From Octopus sinensis (taxonomy: Eukaryota): a DNA stretch of 5,841 nt. A program made the translations under genes and the position numbers. The stretch lies in the NCBI RefSeq assembly GCF_006345805.1, contig NW_021829820.1, positions 1 through 5,841 of the forward strand. Direction: 5' to 3'. The notes beneath the pieces are model-generated. The model was not told the DNA's origin, did no database searches, and saw only the letters and a list, made by a program, of their open reading frames with translations. Positions 1-5,841 of the stretch are shown here, piece after piece (positions within the stretch are counted from its first letter, which is position 1; the number at the start of each line of letters is the position of its first letter).

Positions 1-218
1 TTTTGATGAGTTGTACAAATCTATAATTGATTGAATGGATTTTCGTTATGAAGTGTGTTCTGCTATGCAATATACTTCGATTTATCACAAATCCTGTAAC
101 ATAATCACTTAATCTCATGATATACAATTACACAGCCACACGGCGTAGCAGCGTTAGTGAAATAAAGAATGATTGCGCGAACAAAAATAGAGTGTTCGAT
201 AGATAAGCGTACAGGCTT

Positions 219-373
<155 letters not shown>

Positions 374-428
374 TTTAATAATATAAGCTGATATAAAATA
401 TTCATTGCTACTCAGAGCTTTCTGCTTA

Positions 429-500
429 AATAATAATAATAATAATAACAATAATCATAATAATAATAACAATAATAATAATGATAATAATAATAATAAT
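429..500. repeat. (AAT)n microsatellite with AAC/CAT/GAT interruptions
   Basis: Read directly; source of the poly-Asn run in ORF 405..749. Confidence 0.97.
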
Positions 501-502
501 AT

Positions 503-841
503 ATTGGCGGAACTGGCGACAGTAACCTTAGCTGGAGTGTGCACATCAACAAAAACGTCGATGTTGCCTGCAGAATGTGTTCATGGATCCTCAGAACTTT
601 TCAATCTAGGGATCATGAAACCACCATCTTTCGCTTCTTCACATTCACTAGTCCCCACCTCGAACACTGCTGCCCATTGTGGTCTACCTTCCCAAAACAA
701 GACAAAATCGGGATCGAAGCGCCACGAAGATCAATCACTAAAAAAATAAATGGCATGATGAGACTTGATTATTGGACTCGACTTAAACAGCTGAAACTCT
801 ATTCTCTGCAACGCCACCGTGAGCGATACATAATAATAATA
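503..841 (+). mobile_element. Internal fragment of CR1/L2-group LINE ORF2 (region C-terminal to the RT core)
   Basis: Frame of ORF 539..1030 extended upstream reads IGGTGDSNLSWSVHINKNVDVACRMCSWILRTFQSRD...PHLEHCCPLWS...IEAPRRSITKKINGMMRLDYWTRLKQLKLYSLQRHRERYIII. This matches CR1-type motifs LGVxxDxxLSWxxHI, PHLEYCxxxWSP and RLxxLxLxSLxRRRxR. It lacks the RT core and the family's 3' terminus. No stop over ~113 codons. Confidence 0.9.
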
Positions 842-854
842 TTTGTGCGTGTAA

Positions 855-910
855 ATATGTATATAGATATGTGTATGTATGTATGTATGTATGTATGTAT
901 GTATGTATGT
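855..910. repeat. (TATG)n microsatellite with degenerate left edge
   Basis: Perfect GTAT run ~873-908, preceded by ATATGTATATAGATATGT. Confidence 0.95.
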
Positions 911-1724
911 CTCTTCTATTTTTTAATTATTATAAATCTTCCCCTGAGGAGGGAGCCGGTTTCCAACAACGATACAAGACTCCATCTTTGGGATGTAGCT
1001 AAAACAGACAAATTCACATTTGGAACTTGAGAAAAGCCTTGCATATTTTTACTGTTCCACTCACAGATTGCACTTGTAATGTACGAATCAACCGGTCGAT
1101 TTTTCTTTCTGAAAATCCCAGTTTATCCAGATTCTCCTTTAAGCATTTACTAACAAAATCTAGTGCTCCAATTATTATTGGTATGAATATAAACTCATAG
1201 TCTGGATATAGAAGCTGGAGGTTTCGAAGCAGCTATCCATAGATATCCTCTTTTTCTTTGACTTTCAAAGAGATATTTATATCTGGAGAGCAGCTGACCT
1301 CTATGACGGTTCGTACCTTTGCCCCTCTGTTCCAAAGAACAATATCCAGCCTGTTATGTTTACATTTGACAGAAGTTTTGATTGGAATATTCCACCAGTA
1401 TTCCTTGAGTTAGTGTTCATGAATATATTCCATAATAGAAGTATTTTCTAAGTTTATTTCAGAACAATCTTTTTTGCGGCTGGCATTGTAAATTGTTTTA
1501 GCGACAACATCGTGATGCATAGGGAGGTAGTACTGTGACGGCATGTTAGGATAGCTGCTAATCACATGCGTGATGTCTTCCACAGAAACATGACATAGCC
1601 TACACATGCGGTTGCACCTTGGGATTACAAGAGCGTCTCTGTCTCTCTTGTTCACCAGGTACTTTGTGGCAATCTGTTTCTGGACTGCAAACGCATAGCC
1701 TTTAAAGTGTGATGTGATGTGACT
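911..1724 (-). mobile_element. 5'-truncated RLE-type non-LTR retrotransposon (R4/Dong/HERO-like): ORF 3' end plus ~100-nt 3'UTR
   Basis: Minus-strand translation gives the linker, CCHC knuckle and PD-(D/E)xK endonuclease (see the pseudogene entry). The ORF stop TGA is at 1014-1016. The putative 3'UTR (1013 to ~911) ends in TTATAATAATTAAAAAATAGAAGAGA before (CATA)n. The exact 3' end and the clade are uncertain. Confidence 0.88.
1014..1724 (-). pseudogene. Decayed C-terminal ORF of the RLE retrotransposon (zinc knuckle plus restriction-like endonuclease)
   Basis: One frame, hand-translated: SHITSHFKGYAFAVQKQIATKYLVNKRDRDA...CRLCHVSVEDITHVISSYP...YLPMHHDVVAKTIY...EH*LKEYWWNIPIKTSVKCKHNRLDIVLWNRGAKVRTVIEVSCSPDINISLKVKEKEDIYG*LLRNLQLLYPDYEFIFIPIIIGALDFVSKCLKENLDKLGFSERKIDRLIRTLQVQSVSGTVKICKAFLKFQM*. 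Premature stops at 1410-1412 and 1233-1235. The last CCHC Cys reads Tyr and the expected PD reads LD. Confidence 0.88.
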
Positions 1725-1853
1725 ATGTATGTAGTAATGTATGTATGTATGTATGTATGTATGTATGTATGTATTATGTATGTATGTATGTATATTTGTG
1801 TTTATTATATATATATATATATATATATAATAATTATATATATATATATTATA
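1725..1853. repeat. (TATG)n (~1725-1792) followed by (TA)n (~1806-1853)
   Basis: Read directly. Confidence 0.95.
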
Positions 1854-1919
1854 TGAGATGGGTTTCTGTAAGGAGCCTACGAAAGTTTAAGTGCATGGAA
1901 TCGAATCAAAGCTGATTTA

Positions 1920-1977
<58 letters not shown>

Positions 1978-1993
1978 TAATAATAATAATAAT
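1920..1993 (-). repeat. (AAT)n array, i.e. the (ATT)n 3' tail of the adjacent minus-strand SINE
   Basis: The array abuts the SINE 3' end (...AGAGTAGAAAAG-ATTATTATT on the minus strand) and has one interruption near 1976. Confidence 0.9.
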
Positions 1994-2390
1994 CTTTTCT
2001 ACTCTTGGCACAAGGCCCGAAATTATTGGGGAGAGGGCCAGTCGAATAAATCGACTCCACTACGCGAATGGTTCTTAATTTATTGACTAAAAGGATGAAA
2101 GGCAAAGTCGACCTCGGCGGAGTTTGAACTCAGAACGTAGCGGCAGATGAAATACCTATTTCTTTATTACCCACAAGGGGCTAAACATAGAGGGAACAAA
2201 CAAGGACAAACAAACTGATTAAGTCGATTATATTGACCCCAGTGCGTAACTGGTACTTAATTTATCGACCCCGAAATAATGAAAGGCAAAGTCGACCCCG
2301 GCGGAATTTGAACTCAGAACGTAACGACAGACGAAATACCGCTAAGCATTTCGCCCGGCGTGTTAAAGATTCTGCCAACTTGATGGCTTG
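1994..2390 (-). mobile_element. Dimeric tRNA-derived SINE (copy B), octopus-type
   Basis: Minus strand: A-box-like TTGGCAGAATC (~2368-2378) and B-box GAGTTCAAATTCC (~2303-2315). The body GCCTTTCAT..TTCGGGGTCGATAAATTAAGTACCAG resembles the Meta/MESC central domain as I recall it. A second unit restarts at GTATTTC 184 bp later (2339 vs 2155) and ends in a different 3' segment plus the (ATT)n tail. Homologous to 2937-3372. Confidence 0.9.
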
Positions 2391-2414
2391 CTTTCTGTCA
2401 ATTATTATTTCTAT

Positions 2415-2490
2415 ACACATGCGCAAACACACAACACACACACACACACACACACTGTCTGTCTGTCTCCCCCATCTCTCTCTCTCTGTT
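2415..2490. repeat. (CA)n then (TGTC)n/(CT)n microsatellites
   Basis: Read directly. Confidence 0.9.
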
Positions 2491-2551
2491 CTCCTAATAT
2501 ACTTTTCACTCTGTTGGAGGAGGTTTAAACGTATCACTCAATGTAGAGTAG

Positions 2552-2621
2552 TGACGTCAGATTAGCAACAGGTTTCGACAACAAAAGAAGCAGCTGCCAG
2601 CTGTAGTTCCCCTTCCACCTG
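2552..2621. promoter_or_regulatory. Possible TF-site cluster: CRE plus three E-boxes
   Basis: TGACGTCA at 2552-2559, CAGCTG at 2591-2596 and 2598-2603, CACCTG at 2616-2621. Motif presence only; no functional evidence. Confidence 0.2.
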
Positions 2622-2649
2622 CTACGGCCTCCTCCCTCTCCTATTTTTC

Positions 2650-2733
2650 ACACTCACACACACACGCATACGCACACGCACAGACATACACAAACACACA
2701 CAGATCAAATGTGCAAGCGAGCGAGCGAGCGAG
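2650..2733. repeat. Imperfect (CA/CG)n tract and (GCGA)4
   Basis: Read directly: CACACTCACACACACACGCATACGCACACGCACAGACATACAC... and AGCGAGCGAGCGAGCGAG. Confidence 0.85.
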
Positions 2734-2936
2734 AGATTTCGTGTCTTTCATTGTAATATAAACTCCTTAACCTATTGTATTAGAAGTGTGTTTTGTCTAT
2801 TGTATATAAATTTGGTTTCTAAGTTCATAAACCCATAACTCAGCGTCGCTTGGCGGACTGTATTCGTCACAGTGAACGTAGCTTCGAGTGGCACACGACA
2901 ACTAGGCGGGTTACGTGATCCATTGGTTTGTCACCT

Positions 2937-3372
2937 CAGGGCGGCGAGCTGGGCAAGGCGGCAAGCTGGCAGAAACGTTAGCACGCCGGGCGAAATGCGT
3001 AGCCGTATTTCGTCTGCCGTTACGTTCTGAGTTCAAATTCCGCCGAGGTCCACTTTGCCTTTCATCCTTTCGGGGTGGATTAAATAAGTACCAGTTACGC
3101 ACTGGAGTCAATATAATCGATTTAATCCGTTTGTCTGTCCTTGTTTGTCCCCTCTGTGTTTAGCCCCTTGTGGGTAGTAAAGAAATGGGTATTTCGTCTG
3201 CCGTTACGTTCTGAGTTCAAATTCCGACGAGGTCGACTTTGCCTTTCATCCTTTCGGGGTCGATTAAATAAGTACCAGTTACGCACTGGAGTCAATATAA
3301 TCGACTTAATCCGTTTGTCTGTCCTTGTTTGTCCCCTCTGTATGTAGCCCCTTGTGGGCAGTAAAGAAATAG
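2937..3372 (+). mobile_element. Dimeric tRNA-derived SINE (copy A), same family as 1994-2390
   Basis: A box TGGCAGAAACG at 2967-2977 and B box GAGTTCAAATTCC at 3029-3041. Two tandem 184-bp units (3005-3188, 3189-3372) differ at 8 positions by hand count. A 17-nt 5' duplication is present (2937-2953 / 2954-2970, 14/17). Candidate TSD: GTTTGTCACCT 2926-2936 / GTTCGTCACCT 3373-3383. Confidence 0.92.
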
Positions 3373-3619
3373 GTTCGTCACCTGATGAAGTACCTTTCGA
3401 CACACACCTGAAATAGAAATTAGATCCCTCGTAAAGTTTATGAGAAAGAATTTAGGCACATGAGGACAGGCTGATATGTCGTATTTGCCGGCGTATAAGG
3501 TGCGGTTTTTTTTTATTGCTCTGCGCCTAATGCAGTCGTATTACGGAGAGGGGATCGAAAGTTACAGGATAGGGAGCCGGGTAAGTATAAGTCTACTGGG
3601 AACAGTAATCGGTATTACA

Positions 3620-4663
3620 CTTTTACTTGTTCCAGTCATTTGACTGCGGCCATGCTGGAGCACTGCCTTTAGCCGAGCAAATCGACCCCAGGACTTATTC
3701 TTTGTAAGCCTAGTACTCTTATTCTATCGGTCTCTTTCGCCGAACCGCTAAGTTACGGGGACGTAAACACACCACCATCGGTTGTCAAGCGATGTGGGGG
3801 GACAAACACAGACACACACATATATACAAACCCAGACACACAAACACATACATACATACGTACGTACGTACGTACGTACATACATACATACATACATACA
3901 TACATACATACATACGTACATACATACATACATACGTACATACATACATACATACATACATACGTACACCCAGACACACAAACACATACATACATACGTA
4001 CGTACGTACATACATACATACATACATACATACATACATACATACATACGTACATACATACATACATACATACATACGTACATACATACATACATACATA
4101 CATACTACATACAACATACATACATACATACATACCTACGTACATACATTACGTACATACAACATACATAATACATACATACATACATACATACATACAT
4201 ACGTACATACATACATACATACGTACATACATACATACATACATACATACGTACATACATCATACATACATACATACATACGTACAAACATACATACATA
4301 CATCGTACATACATACATAAATACGTACATACATACAATACATACATACATACATACATACATACGTACATACATACGTACATACATACATACATACATA
4401 CGTACATACATACATACATACATACATACATACATACATACATACGTACATACATACATACATACATACATACATACGTACATACATACGTACATACGTA
4501 CGTACGACGGGCTTCTTTCAGTTTCCGTCTACCAAATCCACTCACAAGGCTTTGGTCGGCCCGAAGCTATAGTAGAAGACACCAAGGTACTACGCAGTGG
4601 GACTGAACCCGGAATCATGTGGTTGGTAAGCAAGCCACTTACCACACAGCCACTTCTGCGCCT
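3620..4663 (-). mobile_element. tRNA-derived SINE (copy C, octopus OK/OR-type) with a greatly expanded internal microsatellite
   Basis: The minus-strand head AGGCGCAGAAGTGGCTGTGTGGTAAG has an A box (4642-4652), a B box GGGTTCAGTCCC (4599-4610) and a CORE-like ACCTTGG..TGTCTT. The 5' body runs to ~4505, then the array, then a 3' segment GTGTTTGTCCCCCC...CTGGGGTCGATTTG...CAGTCAAATGACTGGAACAAGTAAAAG (3830 to 3620). Joining the halves relies on their co-orientation and on my recall of this family's internal microsatellite. Confidence 0.8.
3831..4504. repeat. ~670-bp (TACA)n array with TACG variants and an internal 138-bp duplication
   Basis: Read directly; CCCAGACACACAAACACA occurs at 3831 and again at 3969. 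Source of all the HTYI/MYVC ORFs. Confidence 0.97.
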
Positions 4664-4953
4664 ACGTATTAATAATAAAATATTGAAAACAAACCAAAAC
4701 ATCACAGTCTGTACAAACTTGATAAACATTGCTTACTGTACGTCGGTAGCTACGTGGATAGATCATACCATCTCCTTATACCTTTTTTCCCAGTATTCAT
4801 AACCCACACTTTATATGTGTCTTACATCGTTTAAAGACTATGTTACCTTTAAGAAATATTTTTTATTTATCTAAATAAAATTGTCCTACAAAGATGAACG
4901 TAACGTTAAACTTTCACCCGCTTTCCTGTGTGGCAAATTTCTCGACCAAAATA

Positions 4954-5522
4954 TTGGGTTGTCCGGAAAGTTCGTGCCGACTTATAGTAGCTTACCTTTC
5001 GACTAATTTTAGAACATGGTTGTGTCCATAAAATAGGGTTTGACTACACCTCCATTTAGAGCACAGTTTAATCTATCTTTTCGTGGAAGAAGGTTTATGT
5101 TCCTATAACCTGTGTTAATTTTGTAACCCTTTAAAATGGAAGATAAGAAAGTTTATTTTCGGCACTTGATGCTTTGGGAACCAGACAAAAATTGCTGCAG
5201 CTCGGCTGGGATGTGTTACCCCACCCTCCATATTCACCAGATATTGCTCCTTCGGATTTCCACTTATTCGTCAGTCTCTGCAGAATAGTCTTAATGGTAA
5301 AAATTTCAATTCCTGGGATGATGTAAAAAGATACCTTGATGAATTCTTTGCCATGAAACCACATCAATTCTAGGAAGAGGGTATTTTCAAGTTAAAGGAA
5401 AGATGCAGACGCATTGTGCAACAAAATGGTTCATATTTGGTTGATTAAAAATGCAATGGCAAGTATTTATTGACCTTTTTATTTTCCTTTAAAAATCGGC
5501 ACGAACTTTCCGGATAACCCGA
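4954..5522 (+). mobile_element. Non-autonomous, internally deleted mariner (Tc1/mariner, mellifera-subfamily-like), 569 bp
   Basis: Left TIR TTGGGTTGTCCGGAAAGTTCGTGCCGACTT (4954-4983) and right TIR AAATCGGCACGAACTTTCCGGATAACCCGA (5493-5522) match at 27/30. TA at 4952-4953; CA at 5523-5524 (mutated TA). Transposase remnants lie inside. Confidence 0.95.
5136..5448 (+). pseudogene. Mariner transposase remnant: first ~15 codons fused to the last ~88 codons
   Basis: ATG 5136 gives MEDKKVYFRHLMLWE. In another frame from 5180: TRQKLLQLGWDVLPHPPYSPDIAPSDFHLF, then a frameshift near 5270, then SLQNSLNGKNFNSWDDVKRYLDEFFAMKPHQF*EEGIFKLKERCRRIVQQNGSYLVD* (TAG 5371-5373, TAA 5446-5448). The YSPDxAPSD motif is diagnostic of mariner D,D34D transposases. 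Confidence 0.93.
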
Positions 5523-5643
5523 CATAAATAACTATATAGTTGATTTGAAAGAAGATAAATTTGGAAAATGGTACTCTTATAACATAGTTTATAGATGGTT
5601 AATTAATGACTCCATGTTTTATTCCAGTATACTGTGACAGTGT

Positions 5644-5841
5644 GGAGGCGCATGGCTTAGTAGTTAGGGTGTCAGCATCAAGATCGTAAGATTGTGGTTT
5701 CGATTCCTGGACCGAGCGACGCGTTGTGTTCTTGAGCAAAATACTTCATTTCACGTTGCTCCAGTCCACTCAGCTGGCAAAAATGAGTAATTCTGCGATG
5801 GACTGGCGTCCCGTCCAGCTGGGGAACACATACGCCATGAA
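5644..5841 (+). mobile_element. tRNA-derived CORE-like SINE (copy D), continuing past the window end
   Basis: A box TGGCTTAGTAG at 5653-5663 and B box GTTTCGATTCC at 5697-5707. These are followed by the CORE-like TTGTGTTCTTGAGCAAAATACTTCATTTC...CAGTCCACTCAGCTGGCAAAAATGAGTA. Confidence 0.85.

Noticed and set aside
405-749. 114-aa poly-Asn ORF
   Set aside because: (AAT)n read-through into an off-frame of the CR1 fragment.
940-975. CTGAGGA as a hammerhead core in the RLE 3'UTR
   Set aside because: No downstream GAAA or closing stems on that strand.
539-1030. 163-aa ORF as a functional gene
   Set aside because: Chimeric: about 100 aa of LINE ORF2, then (TATG)n, then the antisense of the RLE 3'UTR. 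The start is GTG, not a real initiation context.
2940-3045. tRNA genes at the SINE heads (also 4590-4663 and 5644-5715)
   Set aside because: A/B boxes are present, but I could not build a convincing cloverleaf, and each continues directly into a SINE body.
3005-3372. 184-bp tandem units as retrozyme monomers or a CRISPR-like array
   Set aside because: No CUGANGA...GAAA core on either strand of the unit, and no repeat-spacer structure; the units are near-identical end to end.
1917-3403. Several similar ORFs (MTPVRNWYL..., ...RRAKCVAVFRL...)
   Set aside because: Chance frames in multicopy SINE sequence; their similarity reflects the repeat, not a gene family.
3611-4671. GTATTA on both sides of SINE C as a TSD
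   Set aside because: Only 6 bp, AT-rich, and offset by 2 nt from the inferred ends; too weak.
3748-4802. 336-aa HTYI-rich ORF and overlapping MYVC ORFs
   Set aside because: Tetranucleotide array lacking stops in most frames; no coding complexity.
5131-5367. 78-aa minus-strand ORF
   Set aside because: Antisense shadow of the mariner transposase remnant.

Overview
A eukaryotic, repeat-dense, non-genic window. I see no host gene, real tRNA, rRNA or CRISPR array. The SINE families and the TATG/TAA/TATC microsatellite load look like an Octopus (coleoid cephalopod) genome; this is recognition from memory, not a database match. From left to right: compound microsatellites; an internal CR1/L2-type LINE ORF2 fragment (+, 503-841); a 5'-truncated restriction-like-endonuclease (RLE, R4/Dong/HERO-like) non-LTR retrotransposon (-, ~911-1724) between two (TATG)n arrays; two head-to-head dimeric tRNA-derived SINEs with the same 184-bp internal period (-, 1994-2390 and +, 2937-3372); a ~1.04-kb SINE (-, 3620-4663) with a ~670-bp internal (TACA/TACG)n array; a 569-bp internally deleted mariner with 30-bp TIRs (4954-5522); and a CORE-like SINE running off the right end. 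Most supplied ORFs are microsatellite or antisense artefacts. I found no convincing new biological system. The best leads are transposon biology: a possibly microsatellite-targeting RLE element, the modular SINE dimers and their inverted arrangement, and a mellifera-like mariner.
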